Source: an uncultured delta proteobacterium
GTDB lineage: Bacteria; Myxococcota_A; Polyangia; Polyangiales; B10-G4
DNA: 64,000 bases
Direction of reading: 5' to 3'
Assembly (NCBI GenBank): GCA_963727445.1
Contig: CAVSGI010000005.1
Span: forward strand, 64,001-128,000
Under the pieces are notes generated by a model. It was not told the DNA's origin, ran no database searches, and saw only the letters and a list, made by a program, of their open reading frames with translations. The translations under genes were made by a program, and so were the position numbers. The stretch's first letter is position 1. Each line of letters opens with the position of its first letter. This document shows, in pieces, positions 10,545-20,421 of the stretch.

Positions 10545-11199
10545 GGTTCCGTCGCCGCGACCGGTCAAGGCGCCGCTGCGCGCCGCGGTGTGGCTCATGC
10601 TCGTCGTCGGCGCGGCGGTGATCAGCGCGGCGGGCGCCACCTGCGTCGCGCGCATGAGCGACGAGGAGCCCGAGGAGCCGGAGGTGGTGACCATCGTTCA
10701 GCCCACGGCGGACGTGGTCGTGGCGATGCGCGACCTCGCCCGCCTCGAGAGCGCCGAGTACCACATGGAGCGGATCATCAATCTGCGCGACCGCCAGTCG
10801 CGGCTCTTCGGCCTGGTCGAAGCGGAGGACGCGATCCTCCTGGTGGCCGCGGGCGACGTGACCGCCGGCGTCGATCTGACCCAGATGAGCGACGGCGATG
10901 TCGTCGTGAATCCCGAGCTCGGCCGCGCGACCCTGACGCTGCCGCCCCCAGAGGTCCTCTCGACGGCCCTCGACAACGACCGCACCTACGTTCACAGCCG
11001 CGAGACCAGCACCCTCGCCGAGCCGAGCCACACCCTCGAGACCCGGGCCCGGCAGGAGGCGGAGCGCACGCTCACCGAATCCGCGATCGAGGCAGGCGTC
11101 CTCGATCGCGCCCGCGACAACGCCGCGTCCGCCATCACCACGCTGGTGCGCGCCCTGGGCTATCGCGACGTCGAGATCCGCTGGTCCGATCAGGAGTGA
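10534..11199 (+). CDS. DUF4230-like membrane-anchored protein
   Basis: N-terminal TM; LLVAAGDVTAGVDL, LTLPPPEVL and ILDRARDNA-type pattern. Confidence 0.75.
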   Translation: MTPEVPSPRPVKAPLRAAVWLMLVVGAAVISAAGATCVARMSDEEPEEPEVVTIVQPTADVVVAMRDLARLESAEYHMERIINLRDRQSRLFGLVEAEDAILLVAAGDVTAGVDLTQMSDGDVVVNPELGRATLTLPPPEVLSTALDNDRTYVHSRETSTLAEPSHTLETRARQEAERTLTESAIEAGVLDRARDNAASAITTLVRALGYRDVEIRWSDQE

Positions 11200-11211
11200 C
11201 GGGGGCGTGTG

Positions 11212-11237
11212 GAGGGGCGAAGCCGGCGAAGCCCCTC
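11212..11237. repeat. Inverted repeat between convergent genes (terminator- or REP-like)
   Basis: GAGGGGC-gaagccggcgaa-GCCCCTC; no U-tract. Confidence 0.4.
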
Positions 11238-12162
11238 ACCGAAGCTCACTGGCTGCTTCGAGGATCGCCTGGTGGTCGTCTTTGTGCTTCGACAGCACGG
11301 AGAGGGTCTGGCGGATCAGCGTCTCGTCGAGGTGCTCGGCGTTCAATAGGAGCAGCGCCCGCACCCAGTCGACGGTCTCGGCGACGCTCGGGACCTTGCG
11401 CAGGTCGAGCTCGCGCGTCCGCTGCGCCACGGCCACCACCTCCGAGAGCAGCGCATCGCTCGCTTCGGGGACGTGCTCTTTGACGATGGCCATCTCGCGT
11501 TCGGCGTCGGGGTAGTCGAGGAAGAGATGGAGACAGCGGCGGCGCAGCGCCTCGGTCATCTCGCGGGTGGCGTTGCTGGTGAGCACCACGTAGGGCCGAG
11601 ACCTGGCGCGCAGGGTACCCAGCTCGGGCACCGTCACCTGGAAGTCGCTGAGCACCTCGAGCAGAAGCGCTTCGAACTCGGGATCGCTGCGATCGACCTC
11701 GTCGACCAGAAGGACGATGGGCTCTTCGGACATCATCGCCGCCAGAAGTGGGCGCGCGATCAAGAAGCGCTCGTGAAAGAAGGCGCTCTCTTCGGCGGCG
11801 ACCCGATCGACCGCTTCGCGCACGCTCGCCGCCCCCGCGACCAGGCTGTCGAGGGCGCCCTGGACGAGCTGGGTGTAGAGCATCTGCTTGCCGTACTCCC
11901 ACTCGTACAGAGCGCGCGATTCGTCGAGGCCCTCGTAGCATTGGAGCCGGATGAGCGGGCGTCCGCTCGCGCGAGCGACGGCCTTGGCGAGCTCGGTCTT
12001 GCCGACGCCGGCTGGACCTTCGAGGAGCAGGGGCTTGTCGAGGGCGCCGGCGAGGTAGGCGACCACCGCCGTGTCCCGATCGGCGATGTAGCCGGCCTTC
12101 TTCAGTCCGGCCTCCGCTTCGTCGGGGCTGGCGAAGGGGGGATCGTGGCCCTCGGCCGTCAC
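11236..12162 (-). CDS. MoxR-family AAA+ ATPase
   Basis: LLLEGPAGVGKT, RLQCYEGLD, LLVDEVDR, VVLTSNATRE and ALRRRC. Start taken as GTG 12162. Confidence 0.9.
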   Translation of the reverse strand: MTAEGHDPPFASPDEAEAGLKKAGYIADRDTAVVAYLAGALDKPLLLEGPAGVGKTELAKAVARASGRPLIRLQCYEGLDESRALYEWEYGKQMLYTQLVQGALDSLVAGAASVREAVDRVAAEESAFFHERFLIARPLLAAMMSEEPIVLLVDEVDRSDPEFEALLLEVLSDFQVTVPELGTLRARSRPYVVLTSNATREMTEALRRRCLHLFLDYPDAEREMAIVKEHVPEASDALLSEVVAVAQRTRELDLRKVPSVAETVDWVRALLLLNAEHLDETLIRQTLSVLSKHKDDHQAILEAASELR

Positions 12163-12163
12163 G

Positions 12164-12871
12164 TCAGTCGCTCGCCACCGCCATCGCATCCTTGACGATG
12201 CGGAGCGCCAACTGGCCCATGTTGTGCGCGCCGGTCTTCTGCAGGATCGAGCCGACGCGCGCATCCCAATCCTTCGGATCGATGCCGAGCTCTTCGATGG
12301 TCTCGTCGGGAGAGCGACCTTCGACAATCATGCCGACGATGAGCGTCTCCTCGTCGGTGAGCCCGCCCTTCTTCGCTTCGGCGCGCACCGCGTCGACGCG
12401 GGCTTCGTAGAAGTCGCGGTTCTGCTGTTTGGGAGGGACCGAGGGTGGCGTCTTCTCCCGATCGGCGACCGGCGGCAGGCTGCTCACGGGGCGCTGGATA
12501 CCGAGGCTCTCGACCAGGAACGCCGAGAGCGCCCGGCCCGGGACCGGCTTGGCCGCGAGGATGGTCTTCGAGGCCCCGGCGCTGTCGTCGCCGAGGAGCG
12601 CGGGGTCGTGAAGCCGGCTCAGCACCAGGGCACAGAGGTCAGGCTGGCTCTTCCGCATGCGCTTCACGAGGTCGAGCCCCAATCCATCGGGGAGGCGAAG
12701 CTCGGTGCACACGCCCGACCAGCTGTCGCGCTCGTTCACCAGGATGCGCGCCTCCGCCAGGCTCCCCGCGACCACCGTCGGCGCATGACGTCCGAGCTTC
12801 ACCGTGAGCTGCTTCGCGAGCTCCGGGTCCGGCTCGATGATCAGATACGGCGGTCTCTTGCCACGGTCCAA
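12164..12871 (-). CDS. Atypical response regulator (receiver domain plus LuxR-like HTH)
   Basis: YLIIEPDPE...VCTELRLPDGLG...AKP receiver pattern; C-terminal GLTDEETLIVGMIVEGRS...ILQKTGAHN. Start uncertain (TTG 12871, GAGGGG RBS). Confidence 0.7.
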   Translation of the reverse strand: MDRGKRPPYLIIEPDPELAKQLTVKLGRHAPTVVAGSLAEARILVNERDSWSGVCTELRLPDGLGLDLVKRMRKSQPDLCALVLSRLHDPALLGDDSAGASKTILAAKPVPGRALSAFLVESLGIQRPVSSLPPVADREKTPPSVPPKQQNRDFYEARVDAVRAEAKKGGLTDEETLIVGMIVEGRSPDETIEELGIDPKDWDARVGSILQKTGAHNMGQLALRIVKDAMAVASD

Positions 12872-12951
12872 GACGGGTCCCCTCGGCGCAATATAGCCCC
12901 CCGCCACCCACCATGCCCCAAAAGGATGGATCGGGGGGAAAGCGCGTCGAT

Positions 12952-14397
12952 TCAGGGGTAATGGGAGACTTCGTCGTGGATCCCGATGCGGGTCAGGCTG
13001 AACGCCATGGCCGGCGTCGGGTCCGGCTCCGCGTCGACGAGGAAGAGAACGAGCGAGGTTCCCGCTGGCAGTGCGTCGCCCAAGCCCCGGCGCGATGGAG
13101 GCTCCGTCCCCGGGGCCAGAGACCCTCTGAGAAGCCCGAGGAGCGCGCCGTCCTTGGTGGCGATGGCATAGAAGACGAGGCCGCGGGGCGCCGTGCCGTC
13201 CATGGTGAGCGTGACCGAGGGCGCGGTGTAGCCGAGCGTGAGCTCGGGCGGGTTGCCGAGCGTGAGCACGCCATCCGCTTCCATCATCGCCTGCGCGAAG
13301 CGCGCGAGCTGCGTGCCGTACACGTTTCGCTGCGCCATGTCTTCCTCGGAGTCGCCCAGCGTCTCTTCGAGGATCTTGCGTTCCTTCGCCACGGCTTCCC
13401 GATAGCGCCCGAGGCGATAGAGGAGCGTCGCTTCGGTATCGATCACCGCGCGCAGGCCGCGCGGCTCGTCGGAGGGATAGGCGGCGATGGCGCGTTCGGT
13501 CGCGTCGAGGGCGAGCTCCAGGTCGTGGGGACCCGCCTCGGGATCGATGGCGATCTGCCACGAGGCGTCGTTGAGGAGGATGGGGGTGAGGGGCGCGCTG
13601 AGCGGCGCCGTGGCGAAGATCCTCCGAATCATGGAGAGGTCGCCGTCGTTCGTTCGGCTGAACCGGCCGAGAGAGACCGCCAGCGCCGCGACGACCATCA
13701 TCGCCAGGAGCGCTGCGATCCCGTCGGTGATCCGTTCACGGCCCTTCCGACGCGCGAAGGGTGGCCAGCCCGCGGTCAGCGCTATGGTGGCGAGACCTCC
13801 GCCGATGAAGCCCCCGGCGTGACCCCAGTGATCGATGCCGATGTCGGTGAAGGCGATCCAGAGCCCGACGTTCAACAGGAGCAGGAAGACCCACTGCCTC
13901 CAGGCTCGTCGCATGTGGACCGGGAGCTCGTTGCGAAAGCGGAAGAGGATGTATCCGATCGCGGCGAAGAGGCCCACGATGCCTGTGGAAGCGCCGAGTG
14001 ATGGGACGCCACGGTTGGCGAGGCAGCTGACCGTGGCGCCAGCGACGCAACCCACCACGTAGATCACGAAGTATCGGCCCGGCCCGAGGAGGAGCTCCAG
14101 CGCGCGGCCCAGGAAGAGCAGCCCGATCGAGTTCATCGTGATGTGTAGAAACGCTGCCGGGGCGCCCTGGGCGTGCATCCAGTTGGCGGTGATCAGTCGA
14201 TCGAGCTGCCCGTCGAAGACCAGTGGAGCGTAGTTCGCGCCCAGCTCGATCGACCGCACCAGCGGCGAGTCGGACGCCGTCATCAGCTGCACCCCGTACA
14301 TCGCGAAGATCGACACGAGCAGCGCGCGCGTCACCCAGGGAGACGGAAGGCGGCGAGGGATTGTATCCTCGCGTTCTTTCAGATGCTCGAAATCCAC
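12952..14397 (-). CDS. Rhomboid intramembrane serine protease with C-terminal TPR/soluble extension
   Basis: RLITANWMH, HITMN, LGASTG (catalytic Ser) and DHWGHAGGFIGG (catalytic His). The true start may be GTG 14334. Confidence 0.85.
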   Translation of the reverse strand: MDFEHLKEREDTIPRRLPSPWVTRALLVSIFAMYGVQLMTASDSPLVRSIELGANYAPLVFDGQLDRLITANWMHAQGAPAAFLHITMNSIGLLFLGRALELLLGPGRYFVIYVVGCVAGATVSCLANRGVPSLGASTGIVGLFAAIGYILFRFRNELPVHMRRAWRQWVFLLLLNVGLWIAFTDIGIDHWGHAGGFIGGGLATIALTAGWPPFARRKGRERITDGIAALLAMMVVAALAVSLGRFSRTNDGDLSMIRRIFATAPLSAPLTPILLNDASWQIAIDPEAGPHDLELALDATERAIAAYPSDEPRGLRAVIDTEATLLYRLGRYREAVAKERKILEETLGDSEEDMAQRNVYGTQLARFAQAMMEADGVLTLGNPPELTLGYTAPSVTLTMDGTAPRGLVFYAIATKDGALLGLLRGSLAPGTEPPSRRGLGDALPAGTSLVLFLVDAEPDPTPAMAFSLTRIGIHDEVSHYP

Positions 14398-15234
14398 TTC
14401 GGCGACAACCTCGAGGTGCTGGCGAGGCTTCCTTCAGGCGCCTTCGACCTGGTGTACATCGACCCGCCCTTCAACACGGGCAAGACCCAGGCTCGAAAAC
14501 GCACGCGCACCGTACGCGACGACGGGGGGGATCGCACGGGGTTTAAGGGGCAGCGGTACCGTACCGAGATCCTCGGACAGAAGGCTTTCGGCGACACCTT
14601 CGACGACTACCTCGCCTTCCTCGAGCCCCGGCTCGTCGAGGCGCATCGGCTCCTCGCAGAAGACGGGAGCCTCTTCGTCCATCTCGACTACCGCGAGGTC
14701 CACTACGTCAAAGTGCTCCTCGACCGGCTCTTCGGTCGGGACAGCTTCGTCAACGAAATCATCTGGGCCTACGACTACGGTGCGCGGAGCAAGCGGCGCT
14801 GGTCGGCGAAGCACGACAACATCCTCTTCTACGCCAAGGACCCCAAGCGCTACACCTTCAACTACGAGGCGATGGACCGGATCCCGTACATGGCGCCCGG
14901 GCTCGTGGGCAAGGAGAAGGCGGCCCGTGGAAAGACGCCCACCGACACCTGGTGGCACACCATCGTCAGCCCCACGGGCAAGGAGCGCACGGGTTACCCC
15001 ACCCAGAAGCCCGAAGGCGTCCTGTCTCGCATCGTGCGCGTCCATTCGAACCCCGGTGACAAGCTCCTCGACTTCTTCGCCGGCTCGGGCACCCTGGGCG
15101 CGGTGGCGCACGCCGAGGGACGCGACTGCGTTCTCGTCGATCGGAGCGCCGACGCGATGGCGGTGATGGCGGAGCGCCTCGCCCACGCCGCGCCGCGTTT
15201 CGTGGGCTGGAAGCCCCCCCGAGGCGCCGACTGA
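14383..15234 (+). CDS. Site-specific DNA methyltransferase (N6-adenine/N4-cytosine, beta-class motif order)
   Basis: GDNLEVL, YIDPPFNT, YPTQKPE and LLDFFAGSGT; catalytic DPPF precedes the SAM-binding FxGxG. Confidence 0.9.
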   Translation: MLEIHFGDNLEVLARLPSGAFDLVYIDPPFNTGKTQARKRTRTVRDDGGDRTGFKGQRYRTEILGQKAFGDTFDDYLAFLEPRLVEAHRLLAEDGSLFVHLDYREVHYVKVLLDRLFGRDSFVNEIIWAYDYGARSKRRWSAKHDNILFYAKDPKRYTFNYEAMDRIPYMAPGLVGKEKAARGKTPTDTWWHTIVSPTGKERTGYPTQKPEGVLSRIVRVHSNPGDKLLDFFAGSGTLGAVAHAEGRDCVLVDRSADAMAVMAERLAHAAPRFVGWKPPRGAD

Positions 15235-16179
15235 TCAGCCGGCGGCCGCGCAGCGCGCCGCGAGCTCGTGTACGTCGCAGTCCTTGGGCACCGGGAGGCA
15301 GCGGAGATCCTCGGCGGCGAGGCCCACCTCCTCGCGCATCTCGGGCGTCGCCCCCCAGAGCACCAGGAGGGGGCTCGGATCCTGCTCTGCCACGATGATG
15401 GCGATGGTGGCCACGTCCATGGTCTCGCTGCGACAATCGATGATCACCGCGACCGGCGTGGGCCCCTCGTTGGTCTCGATCCATTCGATGAGGTCCATCT
15501 CGGACGAGGTGTGTGCGACTTCTTGCTTGGTGCTCAGCGCCTTGCCGAGGGCCTTCGCGACGAAGGACAGGGGGGAGCACACCACCACGGGCCCCGCGGG
15601 TCCCGTCTCCATGGCCAGCTCGGCGACGTCCGGAAACTCCGGCGCCTCGGAGTTGGGGCGCTCGTTCGGCAGCTCGGGCAGGTCCTCGAGCTCGATGGGC
15701 GGAAGGTCGGGGGCGTCGATGCCGACCAGACCCAGCTCTGGCGCCTTCGACGCCTTCGGCACTTCCACCCGAAGGAGCTCCGGTTCCGGGTCCGCCTGCA
15801 TCGTCGGCCGGTCCGAGCCGGGCTCGTCCTTTGGCGGCGCGTCCGTGGGGATGGCGCTGGTGCGCAGGTCCCGGGGCGTGGCGGGCCGCACCTCGCTGAC
15901 CTCCTCCTGGGCCTCGGCCATCTGGACGATGGGCTCGAGTGAAGAGCAGACGTGCTCGGCCGCCTCTTCGCCGAGGGTGCTGACCACCGCCATGTGCAGG
16001 TACTGGTCGACGAAGCGGCGGACGTCGTCGCCGGACTCGGGGATGGCGTCGAAGCCCGCGACGGCCAGGGCTCGGTTGAGAATCGTCTGGCGGATCTCCG
16101 GCGTCGCCACGGCGTCGAGGGCCTCGTTCAACACGGCCGCGACGGGTCCACCAGCCGCGGAGGGTTGAACGCTGCTCAT
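15235..16179 (-). CDS. Hypothetical protein with Pro/Glu-rich linker and C-terminal receiver-like fold
   Basis: GC-typical ORF; the C-terminal ~120 aa alternate beta/alpha (VVVCS...AVIIDC...LVLWG...VPK). Confidence 0.6.
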   Translation of the reverse strand: MSSVQPSAAGGPVAAVLNEALDAVATPEIRQTILNRALAVAGFDAIPESGDDVRRFVDQYLHMAVVSTLGEEAAEHVCSSLEPIVQMAEAQEEVSEVRPATPRDLRTSAIPTDAPPKDEPGSDRPTMQADPEPELLRVEVPKASKAPELGLVGIDAPDLPPIELEDLPELPNERPNSEAPEFPDVAELAMETGPAGPVVVCSPLSFVAKALGKALSTKQEVAHTSSEMDLIEWIETNEGPTPVAVIIDCRSETMDVATIAIIVAEQDPSPLLVLWGATPEMREEVGLAAEDLRCLPVPKDCDVHELAARCAAAG

Positions 16180-16312
16180 CGCCCCCCCCGGGTCGGTGAC
16201 TCCACCATCTAACGCGATTCTAAGAGGTCCGGCAGAGCTGTGGAAGCGGTAACGACGAAAGTAGGGGGGACACCCACCTACGGGCGTCGGCCCCGGCGAA
16301 CGAACCAATCGG

Positions 16313-17897
16313 TCAGACGTCGACCTGAATGTTCATCTTGGCGAGGCTGTCCTTGAGGGCAGTCTTGTCGTTGGTCTTCATGTAGGCCTCGAGCGGGTCC
16401 ACCACACCGCTCTGAACGAGGTTGACCAAATGGTCGTTCATCGTCTGCATGCCGAGGCGCTTGCCGGTCTGCATGACGCTGGTGAGCTGGAAGGTCTTCC
16501 CCTCGCGGATCAGGTTCGACGACGGCTGGGTTGGTGAGCATGATCTCGTAGGCCGCGACCCGACCGCCGCCCTTCTTCTTGCAGAGGACCTGCGCGACCA
16601 CACCGCGCAGCGACTCGGAGAGCATCATGCGGATCTGCTCCTGCCGATCGGAGGGGAACTGGTCGATGATGCGGTCGACGGTGCTCTGGCGCGTGGTGGT
16701 GTGCAGCGTGCCGAAGACCAGGTGGCCGGTCTCCGCGGTCTCGATCGCGATGGCGATGGTCTCGAGGTCGCGCATCTCGCCGACGAGGACGATGTCCGGA
16801 TCCTCACGCAACGCGGCGCGGAGCGCCGACTTGAAGCCCCGGGTGTGCGTGCCGACCTCGCGCTGGTTCACCAGACACTTCTTGTTCGGGTGAACGAACT
16901 CGATCGGATCCTCGATGGTGATGATGTGATCGGTGCGGTTGTCGTTGATGTAGTCGATCAGCGATGCCAGCGTGGTGGACTTGCCGCTCCCGGTGGGCCC
17001 GGTGACCACCACCAGGCCCTTGGTGAGGTAGCAGAGGTCGATCACGCCCTGCGGCAACCCGAGCTTCTCCCAGCCGAGGATCTCGAAGGGGATCTGGCGG
17101 AACACCGCGCCGGGACCTTTTCGGTCCATGAAGTAGTTGGCGCGGAAGCGCGCGCACCCTTCGATGGTGTGCGCGAAGTCGACGTCCCAGTTCTGGTCGA
17201 ACTCCTCGATGAAGCGCTCGGGAAGGATCTCGCCCAACAGAGAGCGCAGCTCGTCGGCGCTGAACTCCGGTCGGTCGCCGATCTTCTGCATCGACCCGTC
17301 CTTGCGCCACATCGGCTTGACGCCCGAGGACAGGTGCAGGTCGCTGGCGCCCTGCGCCACCAGCATGCGAAGGAACTCGTTGATGCGCGGCTCGCCCGAC
17401 GCCATCTGCACCCGGGGGGCGGCGACCACCTCCTCGGTGAGGGCGGTGCGTTCGATGATCGGCTCGTCCGCGGCGGATGGAGCGCCGAGGCCGACACCGA
17501 AGTCGTCGGCGGTGCTCATCGGCGGCGCCGCAGGAGCGGGTGCGGGCGCCGGCTGCCGTTGTGCCGGCGGCGCCGCCGCTGCCCCCGCGGGAGCGCCGCG
17601 CCCGGGAGAGATCCGCACCATCCAGCTCTTCGCGCTGCGAGCCTCGACGTGCACCGTCACCTCGATGCCCTGGCCCTGATGCTGAAACCGCGTTCGACCT
17701 GCGCCCTCGAGCTCGGTGATCGCCCGGGGTGGCGCCGCTTCGCGCACCATCTGCATGATCTGCGTGTGATCGATGGCCTGCTTGCTCTGCCGCTCTCCGG
17801 CCGGAAACGCGAACTTCACCGGCGCGTCGGAAGCGAGGATCACGGCGTCGGCCTTGTGCTTGACCAGGTGCTGAACGTAGAAGTCGATGCGCAACAT
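16313..17897 (-). CDS. pilT: Type IV pilus retraction ATPase, PilT family, with N-terminal extension (one frameshift near 16520)
   Basis: ASDLHL, VTGPTGSGKSTT, TIEDPIE, ALREDPDIVLVGEMRD and ETGHLVFGTLH; the tail NLIREGKTFQL...GMQTMN is in the adjacent frame. Confidence 0.9.
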
Positions 17898-17987
17898 CGG
17901 CCCGATTTCTACAGGAATGTCGTCCCGACAACCACTGTCGGTTGCTGGGGTCTATCGAGACGGCCGCAGCTGGTTTAGAAAGCCGCG

Positions 17988-19280
17988 ATGGTCGGCACTC
18001 GGCAGGTCTTCCCGCGCTGGTTTTCGTTCAGCGTGGCGATCCTCCTCACGGGGCTCGCGATCTACGCCCTGCGCGGCGTCCTGACCCCGATCTTCTTCGC
18101 CTTCCTCATCGCCTACATGCTCGACCCGGTGGTGGACCGGTTCGAGGCGATGAAGCTCCCCCGCGCCCTCGGCATCGTCATCGTGCTCACGGGTGCGCTG
18201 CTGGCGGTCGCCATCTTCCTGCTCCTGGCGGTGCCAGCCCTGGTCTCGGACGTCGCACGCTTCGCCTCGGAGCTGCCCCCGAAGCTCTCGGCGCTCCGGA
18301 CCGAGTGGGAGCCCTACCTCGCCTACCGCGGCATCGAGGTGCCGCATTCCATCGACGAGGCGCTGCGCCAGTTCGACGTCGACGTGCGGGGGCTCGCGGA
18401 GCGCGCCGTCGGTCCCGCGGGTAGCGCGCTCAGTCAGGTGGTGGGCGGCACCGCCTCGGTGGTTGGCGCTCTCGCGGGCCTGGCGCTGATCCCGGTCCTC
18501 GCCTTCTACTTCCTGTACGACTTCGATCGCATGACCGCGGCGATCCGCGACCTCATCCCCGTGAGAGTCCGCCCCTTCGTGGTGGACGTCTTCGGCGAGA
18601 TCGACCAGGTCCTCGGTCAGTTCATCCGCGGCCAGATCACGGTGATGCTGATCCTCGCGGTCCTCTACTCGATCGGCTACTCGATCGTGGGCGTCCGACT
18701 CGCGCTGCTGATCGGCATCGTCGGCGGTCTGCTCTCCTTCATCCCCTACGTCGGCGGTGCGGTCGCGATCGTTCTGGCGCTGCTCATGTGCTTCCTCGAC
18801 TTCCAGGGTCCGATGCAGCTGGTGTACGTCTGCATCGTCTACGGCATCGTGCAGCTCCTTGAGGGCTTCGTGATCACGCCGAAGATCATGGGCGACCAGG
18901 TGGGCCTGAGCGCGGTCTGGGTGATGATCGCGCTGATGGTCGGAGGCGAGCTCTTCGGCTTCCTCGGCGTGCTCCTCGCCGTCCCGGCGGCGGCGGTGGC
19001 GAAGATCCTCGTGGTCCGGGTGGTGGCCTGGTACCGGCAGAGCGAGCTCTTTCTGGGCGGCGCGGACCCGGCCCTGGCGGGCGGTGGCGCGCTCTCCGCC
19101 ATCCTTCGGCAGGAAGGACTACCCGACGACGAGGACACCGCAGACGCGAAGGAAGACGCTACAGCCGCCCCCCCGACCGTCCCGGTGGACGACGCGGAGG
19201 AAACGCGCGAGGCTGAGGCCCCCGATTCCGAGGCCGCCCTGGGAGAGGACGCCGCCGAAGACGAGGACGAAGATGAGTAA
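17988..19280 (+). CDS. AI-2E family transporter
   Basis: PIFFAFLIAYMLDPVV, FIRGQ, FIPYVG, QLLEGFVITPKIMG and GELFGFLGVLLAVP. Confidence 0.9.
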   Translation: MVGTRQVFPRWFSFSVAILLTGLAIYALRGVLTPIFFAFLIAYMLDPVVDRFEAMKLPRALGIVIVLTGALLAVAIFLLLAVPALVSDVARFASELPPKLSALRTEWEPYLAYRGIEVPHSIDEALRQFDVDVRGLAERAVGPAGSALSQVVGGTASVVGALAGLALIPVLAFYFLYDFDRMTAAIRDLIPVRVRPFVVDVFGEIDQVLGQFIRGQITVMLILAVLYSIGYSIVGVRLALLIGIVGGLLSFIPYVGGAVAIVLALLMCFLDFQGPMQLVYVCIVYGIVQLLEGFVITPKIMGDQVGLSAVWVMIALMVGGELFGFLGVLLAVPAAAVAKILVVRVVAWYRQSELFLGGADPALAGGGALSAILRQEGLPDDEDTADAKEDATAAPPTVPVDDAEETREAEAPDSEAALGEDAAEDEDEDE

Positions 19281-20403
19281 CGGAAAGACGATGCGCATCG
19301 TCGTGCTCGATGGTCGCCACGACCGGAGCGCGCAGGAGGTGACGGCGTCCATCGCCGCGGCCCTCGACGTCGACGACGAGGGAACGGACAGCACGGACGC
19401 GTCGGGCGCTTCGGGTGAGTCCCACGGCGTCGACGCGCTCCTGCACGCGGCGGACGCGGCGGTGGTTCTCGACCCCGGCTCTCTGGCCCGCGCCGAGGAG
19501 GCTGGCGTCGCCCTCTGCGCCGTCGTCTTTCCCGGATTCGATCTCGGCTGGGGCGGCGACCTCGGCGACGCCGACCTGGTGATCGTGCCGCACGAGCGCC
19601 TGGTCGCGGAGGCGGTGCGTCGTGGCGCCCCGCGGGGGCGGGTGGAGGTTGCGGGCCCGGTCGCGCCGAAGGGATATGTGCAGGCCGAGGATCGGGGCGC
19701 CCTCCGCGACGAGCTCGGGCTGCCAGCGGATGCGCCGCTGGTCCTGGTGCCCGCCGCGATCCTGGAGGAGCACGGCGCGGAGGCGGTGATGGTGCAGTTG
19801 GCCCTCGCCGACGAGAGCACCGGATATCTCTTCGACGTGGGGCTCGACGCGGAGGCGGCCGAGACCATCCGCCGCCTTTCGCCGGTCCACGGTCTGAGCG
19901 CCTGGATGTTCTCCGAGGAGCCCGGCTCCGTGCGCCACTGGCAGGCCGTGGACGCCGTGATCGCGCGTGCACGTGGTTACGAGGTCGCGCGTGCCCTCGC
20001 CGTCGGCGCGCCGTTGGTGATCCTGCCACCCGGCCGGAGCGATCGACTGGCGGCCGAGACCCTCGAGGCCATCGGTGTCGGCAGTGATGCCGAGGTGCTC
20101 GCCACCCTCGCGGTCGCCATCGATCGCACCGTGGGCGCCGAGGCCCTCGCAGACGCGCGCGAAGCCATCGGCGCGCTCGACATTCCGTACTCCGCGGGTC
20201 GGGTCTCGGACCGCGTGCGCGCCGCCTGGAACGCGCGCAGGGCCGCCCCAGAGGAGCGCCCCCGCGGCCTGCCCCACGGTCTCGAGGCCCTCCCGAAGGA
20301 CGACGTGCACAAGGCCCCGGCCGGGCCGTCGTCGCGCCTCGACGCGCTCGAAGATCGCATCGAACGCGAGCTCGCGGAGCTCAAGCGGAAGCTCGAGGAC
20401 TGA
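19273..20403 (+). CDS. Divergent GT-B glycosyltransferase-like protein (MGDG-synthase-like)
   Basis: ADLVIVPHE...GAPRGRVEVAGP, RDELGLP...LVLV and AVDAVIARARGYEVARALAVGAPLV resemble GT28/MGDG synthase C-domain patterns. Confidence 0.55.
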   Translation: MSNGKTMRIVVLDGRHDRSAQEVTASIAAALDVDDEGTDSTDASGASGESHGVDALLHAADAAVVLDPGSLARAEEAGVALCAVVFPGFDLGWGGDLGDADLVIVPHERLVAEAVRRGAPRGRVEVAGPVAPKGYVQAEDRGALRDELGLPADAPLVLVPAAILEEHGAEAVMVQLALADESTGYLFDVGLDAEAAETIRRLSPVHGLSAWMFSEEPGSVRHWQAVDAVIARARGYEVARALAVGAPLVILPPGRSDRLAAETLEAIGVGSDAEVLATLAVAIDRTVGAEALADAREAIGALDIPYSAGRVSDRVRAAWNARRAAPEERPRGLPHGLEALPKDDVHKAPAGPSSRLDALEDRIERELAELKRKLED

Positions 20404-20421
20404 ACCTTCCGAGAGTCGCGG

